Of a stretch of DNA of 64,000 nt, positions 38,623-47,765 are shown piece by piece. The notes below the pieces were generated by a model. It worked only from the letters and a program-made list of their open reading frames with translations, was not told the DNA's origin and did no database searches. Source of the DNA: Candidatus Latescibacterota bacterium (GTDB lineage: Bacteria; Latescibacterota; UBA2968; GCA-2709665). Position numbers and translations under genes: made by a program. The stretch spans positions 3,712,001 to 3,776,000 of the forward strand of contig OZ220733.1 of NCBI GenBank assembly GCA_965116875.1, read 5' to 3'. The stretch's first letter is position 1; the number at the start of each line of letters is the position of its first letter.

Positions 38623-38654
38623 GTTTGAAACCGATGACTCGTTGTGTGATTTTC

Positions 38655-39299
38655 ATGAGCCAGTCCGATACGCACGACCGCCTGCTCGACGCTGCCGAGC
38701 AACTGTTCTCCGAACATGGAATCGCTGCCACGTCCCTGCGCGCCATAACCTCCGGGGCGTCCGCGAATCTGGCCTCGGTCCACTACCACTTCGGCTCGAA
38801 AGAAGCGCTTGTCGAAGCGGTTTTCGCCCGGAGGCTGGCGCCTTTGAATCGGGAGAGGTGCCGCCTTCTCGATGCGGAAGAAATGGCCGCGGCAGGGGCG
38901 CCCTCCGTCGAAGCTATCGTTACGGCCTTCGTCGCGCCCGCGATGCGCCTGGCGTACGACCCCGCGGGCGGCGGCGAAAATTTCATGCTGCTCATCGGAA
39001 GGCTCTATTCCGAGCCTGGAGACCTCGGGTACAATATTACGGAACAGTTCACCGAGGTCTTTCAACGATTTACCTCCGCGCTTGCCCGCGGTCTGCCCCA
39101 TCTGTCGCGGACCGATCTGCTCTGGAGGTTTTTCTTCATGGTCGGCAGCATCAGCATGCCGCTGATGGGGAGGCACATCATCCCGCGGCGGACCGGCGGC
39201 CTCTGCGATCCTTCCGACATTGAAAACAATATCAAACGCCTGGTCGCGTTCCTCGCGGCAGGCCTCCGAGCCGCCGCCCCAAACGGAGACATAACTTGA
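38655..39299 (+). CDS. TetR family regulator, PsrA-like
   Basis: T.DRLLDAAEQLF.E.G..ATSLR.IT......LASV.YHFGSKEAL..AVF.R, C-terminal FLAAGL. Confidence 0.9.
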   Translation: MSQSDTHDRLLDAAEQLFSEHGIAATSLRAITSGASANLASVHYHFGSKEALVEAVFARRLAPLNRERCRLLDAEEMAAAGAPSVEAIVTAFVAPAMRLAYDPAGGGENFMLLIGRLYSEPGDLGYNITEQFTEVFQRFTSALARGLPHLSRTDLLWRFFFMVGSISMPLMGRHIIPRRTGGLCDPSDIENNIKRLVAFLAAGLRAAAPNGDIT

Positions 39300-40738
39300 G
39301 ACCGGTTCTCCCCATACTCGCACTGCTTCTTGCGGCCTGCGCCGCGGCGCCGCAGGTGAAACCTCCGGACGTCGACGTAACCGTTCCGGCGGACTGGTCG
39401 GCGGGCCAGGCAGGCGCCGTTCCCGCGGACACGCTCTGGTGGCGTTCTTTCAAAGACGAAAGCCTTACGGGCCTGGTCGTTGAAGCGCTGGCGCGCAATC
39501 ACAACCTTCAGGCCTCCGCCGCAAGGGTGCGCGCCGCCGCGGCGCGCGCCCGAATCGCCGGCGCGCCTCTGTATCCCGATGCCGGAGTCCGTGTCGGAGC
39601 GTCCCGGCGCAAACAGAATTTCATAGGCCTGCCCATCCCGGGTTCCGGAAATGGCGTTCTGACGTCGACGTCGAGCAGCTTCGGACTCTCCCTGGACGTA
39701 TCCTGGGAACTCGATCTCTGGAACCGTCTGGGCGCCGGCGCGTCCGCGGCTCTGGCCGATGCCCAGGCCGCGCGCGCGGATCACCGGGGCGCGCGGCTCT
39801 CGCTGGCGGGACAAACCGCCAAGACCTGGTTCGCCGCCGTGGAAGCCAGAAGGCAGGTTGAACTTTCGGAAGCCACGGTAGGGAACCTCAGAACGTCAAG
39901 CGAAATCGTACGGGAACGATACAGGCGGGGGTTGAGACCCGCACTGGATCTGCGGCGCGCGCTCTCAGACCAGGCGGGCGCCGAGGCCGTCCTCCAGCAG
40001 CGCCTGCTCATTCTGGACGCAACCCGGCGCCAGCTCGAAGTCCTTCTGGGCCGGTATCCCGCCGCCGCGCTCACCCCCGGCATGGACCTGCCAGTACTTC
40101 CGGAAGCGATTCCTGCCGGCCTTCCCGCGGACCTGGTGTCCCGCAGGCCGGACCTGATGGCGGCGGAACGAAGGTTGGCGGCGTCCAACGCCCGGTATAC
40201 GCAGGCCAGGCGGGCGCTGTATCCCCGCATCAGCCTCACTGGATCCGCCGGCACCAGCACCAGAGACCTGAAGGACCTTCTCGACGGCGACTTCAGCGTG
40301 TGGAACCTGGCCGGCAACATCCTGCAACCCCTGTTCCAGGGAGGACGGATTCGCGGCGGCATCCAGTTGGCCGCTTCACAGTCCGAACAGGCCGTCTCCG
40401 CATACGTTCAAAGCGTCCTTTCGGCCTTTGCCGAAGTCGAGACCGCGCTGGCGGCGGAAACGCTTCTGGCCAGACGACAGGCGGCGCTTGAAACCGCAAC
40501 CGAACAGGCGCTCGCGGCGCGGCGCCTCGCGGAAGACCGGTACGCCGGCGGGCTAGTGGACCTGAACACGATGCTGGACGCCCAGCGCGGGGCCTACGCG
40601 TCCGAAAGCCAGCTCATCGCCGTACGCCGGCAGCGCCTGGAGAACCGGGTCAACCTGCACCTCGCCCTGGGCGGGGGCTTCCCGGGCCCCCGAAGGGCGG
40701 CTGCGACAATGTCTGCAACGCAAAAGGAAGGACTGTAG
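39296..40738 (+). CDS. RND efflux outer-membrane factor lipoprotein (OprM/NodT family)
   Basis: Lipobox LAAC, WW..F.D..L, SWELDLW, RRPDL.AAE, L.LALGGG. Confidence 0.92.
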   Translation: MRPVLPILALLLAACAAAPQVKPPDVDVTVPADWSAGQAGAVPADTLWWRSFKDESLTGLVVEALARNHNLQASAARVRAAAARARIAGAPLYPDAGVRVGASRRKQNFIGLPIPGSGNGVLTSTSSSFGLSLDVSWELDLWNRLGAGASAALADAQAARADHRGARLSLAGQTAKTWFAAVEARRQVELSEATVGNLRTSSEIVRERYRRGLRPALDLRRALSDQAGAEAVLQQRLLILDATRRQLEVLLGRYPAAALTPGMDLPVLPEAIPAGLPADLVSRRPDLMAAERRLAASNARYTQARRALYPRISLTGSAGTSTRDLKDLLDGDFSVWNLAGNILQPLFQGGRIRGGIQLAASQSEQAVSAYVQSVLSAFAEVETALAAETLLARRQAALETATEQALAARRLAEDRYAGGLVDLNTMLDAQRGAYASESQLIAVRRQRLENRVNLHLALGGGFPGPRRAAATMSATQKEGL

Positions 40739-40741
40739 ATC

Positions 40742-42001
40742 ATGAGCATCAGACCGTTGAAGAGCAGGAATCCGGACAGAACGCGCCGGACCGGCTGGAT
40801 CCGGCGGCATCCAAAGGCGTTGCTCCCCGTCGCGGTGATTGCATTCGGGGCGCTTTGCGCGTACGTCCTCATCAGCACAAGGTCCGAAGTCGTGGTGGCG
40901 CCGCCGCAAGTACCGGCTCCGCTGGTGCGGGCGATGCCGGTCGAAATCAGAAATGTCCGGCTGACGGTTAACGCCCAGGGCACGGTTGCGCCGCGTACGA
41001 AAACCAGCCTTGTTTCACAGGTAGCCGGACAGATCATCTCGGTCTCTCCGGCCTTCGCGAACGGCGGTTTCTTCAAGGCCGGCGACGTATTGCTCGCCAT
41101 CGATCCGCGCGACTACGAACTCGCGGTCGACCGGGCAAGGGCGGTGGTCGCGCAGGCGAGGGTGCGGCTGGCGCGTGAGGAGGAAGAAGCCGAACTCGCC
41201 CGTCAGGAATGGCAGCGACTGGGCAATGGCGAGGCCACGGACCTGGCGCTCAGAAAACCCCAGCTGGAAGACGCCCGGGCCGCCCTGCAGGCTGCGCGGG
41301 CATCCCGGGAACAGGCCCGGCTCGCGCTCGACCGGACCCGCATCCGCGCGCCGTACGAAGGGCGCGTGCTGTCCAAGATCGTGGACCTGGGACAGTACGT
41401 AAATCCCGGTGCGCCCGTCGCCCGCATCTACGCCGTGGACTACGCCGAGATCCGCCTGCCCGTGCCGCACGAGCAACTCGCCTATCTGGACCTGGTCTAC
41501 AACGCCCGCAGCGAACTCGCTCCGGCCTCCCGCCCGAAAGCGCTGGTCCATGCGGTCTTCGCCGGGGCCCCGCACACGTGGGAGGGCGAAATCGTGCGTA
41601 TCGAAGGGGAGATCGACGCCCGTACGCGGATGGTCAATCTGGTCGCTCGCGTTGACGCGCCATACGACAAGGGCGACGACCCGGCCCGCGCCCCGCTCTT
41701 CGCCGGGCTGTTTGTGGAGGTTGAAATCCTCGGTCGGGTCGCAAAGGACATCGCGGTCGTACCCCGATCGGCCTTGAGGGGCGCCGACCAGGTCCTGGTT
41801 GTCGACCAGGACAACCGGCTGCGTTTTCGTGGCGTCGATCTGTTGAGGCTCGAGGCAGAGAACGCTCTCATCCGATCCGGCCTCAATGGAGGCGAGCGGG
41901 TCTGCATATCCACCCTGGACGCCGTCGTGGATGGCATGCAGGTACGCATTCTCACCCCGGGGGACGAGGCCGCGTCACGTTCTGACGGAGGTGCCGGATG
42001 A
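40742..42001 (+). CDS. RND efflux periplasmic adaptor (MFP)
   Basis: TM anchor, QV.GQI, ID.RDY, coiled coil, IRAPY.GRV, G..V. Confidence 0.92.
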   Translation: MSIRPLKSRNPDRTRRTGWIRRHPKALLPVAVIAFGALCAYVLISTRSEVVVAPPQVPAPLVRAMPVEIRNVRLTVNAQGTVAPRTKTSLVSQVAGQIISVSPAFANGGFFKAGDVLLAIDPRDYELAVDRARAVVAQARVRLAREEEEAELARQEWQRLGNGEATDLALRKPQLEDARAALQAARASREQARLALDRTRIRAPYEGRVLSKIVDLGQYVNPGAPVARIYAVDYAEIRLPVPHEQLAYLDLVYNARSELAPASRPKALVHAVFAGAPHTWEGEIVRIEGEIDARTRMVNLVARVDAPYDKGDDPARAPLFAGLFVEVEILGRVAKDIAVVPRSALRGADQVLVVDQDNRLRFRGVDLLRLEAENALIRSGLNGGERVCISTLDAVVDGMQVRILTPGDEAASRSDGGAG

Positions 42002-45000
42002 ATCGCGCAATCGCCTGGTTCGCCGAAAACAGCGTCGCCGCCAATCTGCTCATGGTCGTTATCCTGGCCGGCGGTCTCATCACCATCGGCGCCATCGAAC
42101 TGGAGATTTTTCCGGAGTTCTCCGCAGACGTCGTCTCGGTTTCCGTCGTCTATCGCGGGGCGGCGCCCGAGGAGGTGGAAGAGGGCGTGTGCGTACGCAT
42201 CGAAGAGGCCGTTCAGAGTATCGAAGGCATCAAGCGCATCCGCTCGACGGCATCCGAAAACCGGGGCAGCGTGAATATCGAGCTCGTGCCCGGTACCGAC
42301 GCGCGCAGGGTTCTGGAAGACGTCAAGTCAGCCGTCGACGCAATTGACACGTTTCCCGACGAGACGGAACAGCCGGTCGTCCAGGAAGTGGTCCTGCGTC
42401 GCCAGGTGATTAACGTGGCCGTGTCGGGCGAAGCCGACGAGACCACCCTGAAATATCTGGGCGAACAGGTACGGGACGAGATTACCGCAATTCCGGGAAT
42501 TACCCAGGCGGAATTGAGCGGCGCGCGCCCATACGAGGTTTCCATCGAAGTCTCGGAAGCCGCGCTCCGGCGATTCAACCTCACGTTCGACGAAGTCGTT
42601 AGGGCGGTTCGCCGTTCCTCGCTCGACCTGCCCGGCGGCGCCATCAAGACGGAAGGAGGCGAGATCCTGCTCCGGACAAAAGGGCAGGCGTACCGGGGCA
42701 CGGCCTTTGAGAATATCGTTTTGCGTACCCGGCCGGACGGCGCCGCGCTCACCGTCGGGGACGTGGCCACGGTCGTGGACGGATTCGCCGACGCGGATAT
42801 TTCGGGTCGATTCGACCAGGAACCGGGTGTGATGGTGCAGGTCTTCCGTGTGGGCGAACAGGACGCGCTCGACATCTCCCGTAAAGTCAAGGAGTACATC
42901 CAGTCGGCGGAGTCCCGTATGCCCGAGGGCATTTCGCTTACCGTCTACTCGGATTTCTCAAGGATTCTCGAGGGCCGGCTCAACCTGATGCTGAAGAACG
43001 GCCGTGGGGGTTTCATCCTCGTCCTCGTGATCCTGGCGCTGTTCCTGAGGCTGCGCCTGGCGTTCTGGATTGCACTTGGGATCCCCATCTCCTTCCTGGG
43101 CGCCATCGCGATGATGCCCACCGTCGGCGCCTCCATCAACCTGATCTCACTGTTTGCGTTCATCGTGGTACTCGGCATCGTCGTCGACGACGCTATCGTC
43201 GTCGGCGAAAATATCTACCGGCGGTTCCAGCGGGGCGAGCGGGGCCTGCGCGGCGCCATCGCGGGCGCCCAGGAAGTTGCCGTACCCGTCACCTTTGCGA
43301 TTTTGACGTCCATCGCCGCGTTTTCGCCCCTGCTGATGGTCCCCGGCACCTCTGGCAAGATCATGAGGTTGATCCCGGAGATCGTCATTCTGACGCTGAT
43401 TTTTTCGCTGATTGAATCGCTGTTCATCCTTCCCGCCCATCTGGCGCACGCCAAACTGCGCGCCAGAAAGAAGACGACCAGCCGCATCGGCGGGCTGCTG
43501 CGACGGTTTCGAGACGGGTTTTCATCCCGCCTGGAATGGATTATTAACGAGTTCTACCGTCCGTTTCTGGAAAAATGCCTGGCGTGGCGGTACCTGAGCG
43601 CATCGGTGGGGGTGGCCGCGCTGACCCTTACGGCGGGACTCATTCTCGGAGGCTGGATCGGCTTCGTGTTTCTTCCCCAGGTCCCGGCCGACAACGTGGC
43701 GGCGATCCTGACCATGCCTCAGGGCACGCCGGCCGAGGCAACCGCCCGGGTCGTACGCCATCTGGAATCGACCGCGATCCGGTTACAGCGGGAACTGGAA
43801 TCGGAGACAGACGAAAAAATCTTCACGCATATGCTCGCGCTGGTGGGGGACCAGCCCCTTCGGGCGGCCCAGCGTGAGAACCGCGGACGAAACGCTTCGT
43901 ACTCCGGGGCCCACCTCGGCGAGGTCAACATCGAGCTCACGCCGGCCGAGGAACGGAGCATCAGCAGCATTGAAATCGCCAGACGCTGGCGAGAACTCGC
44001 CGGACCCATTCCCGATGCAACGGAACTGAACTTCGCCTCTTCGCTCTTTTCCGTGGGAGAACCGATCAACATCCAGCTTACCGGTCCGGATTACGGCGAA
44101 CTCCGGTCCGCCGCAGAAAAACTCAAGGCCAGGCTTGCCGAGTACCCGGGTGTCCTGGACATCGCAGACTCGTTTCGGCCCGGCAAGAAGGAAGTGAAAC
44201 TTGCCCTTACCGAGGAAGCGCGCCTGCTGGGCCTGACCATGTCCGACCTGGCGCGACAGGTCAGACAGGCGTTCTACGGCGAGGAAGCGCAGCGGATCCA
44301 GCGGGGAAGGGACGACGTTCGGGTGATGGTCCGCTATCCCGAAAGCGAGCGTCGGTCGATGAACAACCTCGAGACCATGCGATTACGCACCCCGGAGGGC
44401 GTGGAAGTGCCCTTTTCCGTTGCCGCTCGGACGGAACCGGGGCGGGGATTCGCCGCCATCCGGCGCACCGACCGGCAGCGCATCGTGAGCGTCACCGCGG
44501 ACGTGGATGAGGGCAGGGCCAATGCCAACGAGGTCCTGGCGGACGTCACCGCCAACGTGCTGCCGGCAATCGGTTCCGACCACCCGCGCGTCCGGTTCAG
44601 CCTCGAAGGCGAACAGAGAGAGCAGCAGGAAACCATGGAAGGCCTGTCGAGGAGCTTCGGCATGGCCCTCTTCGTGATCTTCGGCCTGCTCGCGATTCCC
44701 TTCCGTTCCTATCTTCAGCCACTCATTATCATGGCCGTGATCCCCTTCGGATTCGTCGGCGCCGTGCTCGGGCATATCATCATGGGCCTCAACCTCACCA
44801 TTCTGTCGGTCTTCGGGCTGGTCGCGCTATCCGGCGTGGTCATCAACGACAGCCTGGTGATGGTGGACTTCATCAACCGCCGGCGCAAGGAGGGCAAGGG
44901 CCTGCAGGAGGCCATCCGGGAGTCCGGAATGGCGCGGTTCCGGCCCATCCTTCTGACGTCCCTTACCACGTTCGCGGGCCTCACCCCGCTGCTGTTCGAA

Positions 45001-45198
45001 AAAAGCCTGCAGGCGCAGCTGCTCATCCCCATGGCGACCTCTCTGGGATTCGGTGTCATCTTCGGTACGGCCGTCATCCTGATTCTCGTTCCCGTCACCT
45101 ATGCCATCCTGGAAGACATCAGGCACGGTGTCGCCTCGCTGTTCCGCCGGCAGCCGGCCGACCGGCGGGACGTCGCGCCTGAAACAGGCGACGATTGA
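41998..45198 (+). CDS. RND efflux permease (AcrB/AcrD/AcrF family)
   Basis: N.VAANLLM, GIVVDDAIVVGEN, RFRPILLTSLTT; 1066 aa. Confidence 0.95.
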   Translation: MNRAIAWFAENSVAANLLMVVILAGGLITIGAIELEIFPEFSADVVSVSVVYRGAAPEEVEEGVCVRIEEAVQSIEGIKRIRSTASENRGSVNIELVPGTDARRVLEDVKSAVDAIDTFPDETEQPVVQEVVLRRQVINVAVSGEADETTLKYLGEQVRDEITAIPGITQAELSGARPYEVSIEVSEAALRRFNLTFDEVVRAVRRSSLDLPGGAIKTEGGEILLRTKGQAYRGTAFENIVLRTRPDGAALTVGDVATVVDGFADADISGRFDQEPGVMVQVFRVGEQDALDISRKVKEYIQSAESRMPEGISLTVYSDFSRILEGRLNLMLKNGRGGFILVLVILALFLRLRLAFWIALGIPISFLGAIAMMPTVGASINLISLFAFIVVLGIVVDDAIVVGENIYRRFQRGERGLRGAIAGAQEVAVPVTFAILTSIAAFSPLLMVPGTSGKIMRLIPEIVILTLIFSLIESLFILPAHLAHAKLRARKKTTSRIGGLLRRFRDGFSSRLEWIINEFYRPFLEKCLAWRYLSASVGVAALTLTAGLILGGWIGFVFLPQVPADNVAAILTMPQGTPAEATARVVRHLESTAIRLQRELESETDEKIFTHMLALVGDQPLRAAQRENRGRNASYSGAHLGEVNIELTPAEERSISSIEIARRWRELAGPIPDATELNFASSLFSVGEPINIQLTGPDYGELRSAAEKLKARLAEYPGVLDIADSFRPGKKEVKLALTEEARLLGLTMSDLARQVRQAFYGEEAQRIQRGRDDVRVMVRYPESERRSMNNLETMRLRTPEGVEVPFSVAARTEPGRGFAAIRRTDRQRIVSVTADVDEGRANANEVLADVTANVLPAIGSDHPRVRFSLEGEQREQQETMEGLSRSFGMALFVIFGLLAIPFRSYLQPLIIMAVIPFGFVGAVLGHIIMGLNLTILSVFGLVALSGVVINDSLVMVDFINRRRKEGKGLQEAIRESGMARFRPILLTSLTTFAGLTPLLFEKSLQAQLLIPMATSLGFGVIFGTAVILILVPVTYAILEDIRHGVASLFRRQPADRRDVAPETGDD

Positions 45199-45266
45199 AT
45201 CGCTACTCTCCTGAAATGCCGGCACCGCATTGAGCCAGCGGTTTCTGAGCCGTTGTCCTGCTTGTG

Positions 45267-45332
45267 CTGAGCCTGTCGAAGCGAGCCTGCCGAAGGATTG
45301 TCGAAGGGTCGAAGGGCTGTCGAACGGTCGAA
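45267..45332 (+). repeat. REP-like CTGAGCCTGTCGAAG repeat cluster
   Basis: CTGAGCCTGTCGAAG, GAGCCTGCCGAAG and several GTCGAA units; similar copies at 50537-50568 and 6058-6070 (minus strand). Confidence 0.65.
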
Positions 45333-45502
45333 CACAGATCTCGGCGACGGCTGATGCGGTGGGGGGATTCTGCGCCCTTCCGTATGCAACCATCAGCATG
45401 AATTGACATGCAGGCATTCTGCGTTGGAGTCCTGCTGTATAGTCTGAACCGGCAATTCTACGGCGAATTCCCAGCATCAAGGCGCTGATAATTTTGCGGT
45501 CA

Positions 45503-45532
45503 ACTGCAAAATTGTCTTGACATTTTTGCAGT
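45503..45532. promoter_or_regulatory. 30-bp inverted repeat containing a TTGACA hexamer (candidate operator/promoter)
   Basis: ACTGCAAAATTGTC-TT-GACATTTTTGCAGT, one mismatch. Confidence 0.6.
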
Positions 45533-45550
45533 ATGGTGCAAATTTGTCAT

Positions 45551-46735
45551 ATGGCTGAGACGAGATCCAGATACCTCGAGACCGCTGTGGCCGGCGATCT
45601 GAACAACAGGATGGTCTTCGTCGCGGGGCCTCGCCAGGTGGGGAAGACAACGCTCGCTACGCTGCTGGCGAGGCGCTATTCAAACAGCGTTTACCTGAAC
45701 TGGGACAATCGAACCCATAGAGAACGGATTCTGCGGCAGGAATGGGATCCCGACAGTCAGATTCTCATCTTCGACGAACTTCACAAATACGATCGCTGGA
45801 AAGGACTGATCAAGGGCATCTGGGACACGAGACGGAACAACGAACGGATCATCGTAACCGGGAGTTCGAGGCTGGACACGTACCGTCGAGGCGGTGACTC
45901 ACTCCTTGGACGATACCACCTGTACCGGCTCCACCCGTTTACCGCTTCCGAACTTGAAGGCGGTCGGAAGGAAAACGATCCAGCTGAACCCGTTGAATTG
46001 ACATTCGGAAACGCCCGTCCGGACAACGTCCGTCATTTGATGGCATACGGAGGTTTCCCCGAGCCGTGCCTCTCGGGACGGTCGCGCACACACCGCCGCT
46101 GGCTTCAGGAACGTTTCGAACGTGTTTTCAGAGAAGACATTCGGGACACGACCGTCGTCAGGTCGCTCTCACAGATCGAACTTCTGGGTGCGATGATGCC
46201 GAAACGCGTCGGGTCGCCGCTCTCGTTAAATGCAATTTCCGAAGACCTGGAAGTCAGCCCGCACACGGTTCGGACCTGGGTGGACCTGCTGTGCCGGAAC
46301 TACTACGTCTTCCCCGTCGCTCCATATCACCGTCGTATCGAACGGGCCGTGAAAAAAGCGGCCAAATACTATCTGTGGGACTGGTCCGAGGTTGCCGACG
46401 AAGGCGCCAGATTCGAGAATCTCGTGGCCTCCCACCTCCTGAAATTCTGCCATTTCCTTCGAGACGCGGAAGGGATCAATGCGGAACTGCGTTTGTTGCG
46501 AGACCGTGAAAAACGTGAAGTGGACTTTGTGATTCTGTGGAATGACAAACCGTGGTTCCTGGTTGAGTGCAAGCTGACCGCACCCCGAAACCACGGGCAC
46601 CTCGTTCGTTTTGCCGATCTCCTGGACGTCAGACAGAAATACGTCGTTGCACTTTCCGAAACAGCAGACTATTTGGACCGCAATACGGGCGTCCGTGTCC
46701 TGCCGGCGTCCAGGTTTCTGACGGCATTCCCGTAG
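45551..46735 (+). CDS. COG1373 AAA+ ATPase with DUF4143 domain
   Basis: GPRQVGKT, IFDE, TGSS, L.GR, GGFPE, K.YLWD, FEN.V, EVDF, VECK. Confidence 0.9.
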   Translation: MAETRSRYLETAVAGDLNNRMVFVAGPRQVGKTTLATLLARRYSNSVYLNWDNRTHRERILRQEWDPDSQILIFDELHKYDRWKGLIKGIWDTRRNNERIIVTGSSRLDTYRRGGDSLLGRYHLYRLHPFTASELEGGRKENDPAEPVELTFGNARPDNVRHLMAYGGFPEPCLSGRSRTHRRWLQERFERVFREDIRDTTVVRSLSQIELLGAMMPKRVGSPLSLNAISEDLEVSPHTVRTWVDLLCRNYYVFPVAPYHRRIERAVKKAAKYYLWDWSEVADEGARFENLVASHLLKFCHFLRDAEGINAELRLLRDREKREVDFVILWNDKPWFLVECKLTAPRNHGHLVRFADLLDVRQKYVVALSETADYLDRNTGVRVLPASRFLTAFP

Positions 46736-46773
46736 GCAAATCGGTATTCCCGGCTGATTCGCGAGGCGTCCGG

Positions 46774-47562
46774 CTACAGAAGCGACCGGACGTATCCCCC
46801 GTCCACCTGCAGCGACGTGCCGGTGATATAGCTCGAACGGTTTGATGCCAGGAACACAACGGTATCCGACAGTTCCTCCACGGTCCCCAGCCGGCCCAGC
46901 GGTATTTCGTCCGCCAGCGGCCGCATCTCTTCCTGGACCGAAGTCCCGTTCGCCCTTGCGGCCTCCTCGAATTCCTCCCGTAGCAGTTCCGTATCGATAA
47001 ATCCCGTACATACGTTGTTCACCATTATCCGATCGCGCGCATACTCATTGGCAAGGGTCTTCGCAGCGGCCGCAACCGCGGTCCGAAGCACGTTCGAAAC
47101 CGTGTTCCCTGCCGGTTGTTTGACCGCGAACGCGCAAAGATTGATGATCCTGCCGCCGCCCCTCGCCTGCATCAACGGAACAACGCGCCCGCACATCCGG
47201 AGTACGTAGTTCAGGATCAGGTCCGTATATTCCCGCCACATGGCTTCCGTTACTTCCGCGAATGGCATCGCGGCCGGGCCTCCGGAGTTGTTCACGAGGA
47301 TATCGATACCCCCATACGCCTCCACGGTTTCGCTCGTCAGTCGATCGACGGTCTCCTCGGTGGAGAGATCGCCCGCGACCGTGAGCACGTCCGTTCCCGT
47401 AACGGCGCGAATCTCCACGGCGGCCGCTTCCAGCCGACCCGCGTTCCTCGCGCAGACGGCGACGCGCGCGCCCTCACGGGCCAGCGCCATCGCGCACCCC
47501 TTCCCCAGGCCGCGGCTTGCGCCCCCGACGATCGCTACCTTGTCCTTCAGGCCCATATCCAT
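46774..47562 (-). CDS. Short-chain dehydrogenase/reductase
   Basis: GGASRGLG, DILVNNSGGP, SN..R (atypical active site), ITG..L.VDGG. Confidence 0.9.
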   Translation of the reverse strand: MDMGLKDKVAIVGGASRGLGKGCAMALAREGARVAVCARNAGRLEAAAVEIRAVTGTDVLTVAGDLSTEETVDRLTSETVEAYGGIDILVNNSGGPAAMPFAEVTEAMWREYTDLILNYVLRMCGRVVPLMQARGGGRIINLCAFAVKQPAGNTVSNVLRTAVAAAAKTLANEYARDRIMVNNVCTGFIDTELLREEFEEAARANGTSVQEEMRPLADEIPLGRLGTVEELSDTVVFLASNRSSYITGTSLQVDGGYVRSLL

Positions 47563-47765
47563 CGGAAAACCTCCCTTTCGATATTCCTGAATTCGACCGT
47601 GTGTTTGTCCGGGCGTCCGCTCCGGGCGCCGGACTTCCTCATTTTGATTGACATTCGTTTTCGCCGCGCGCATGATACCGTTGCAGCCCACCTGCGGATT
47701 CCGGCCGAAGGCCAGCAATTCACTGGAACAAGGTCCGTTCCCGATAATGAACGAGAGGCAGAGGC

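Noticed and set aside
45267-45332. GTCGAA repeats considered as a CRISPR array
   Set aside because: Units are short and irregular, without unique 30-40 nt spacers; no cas genes are present
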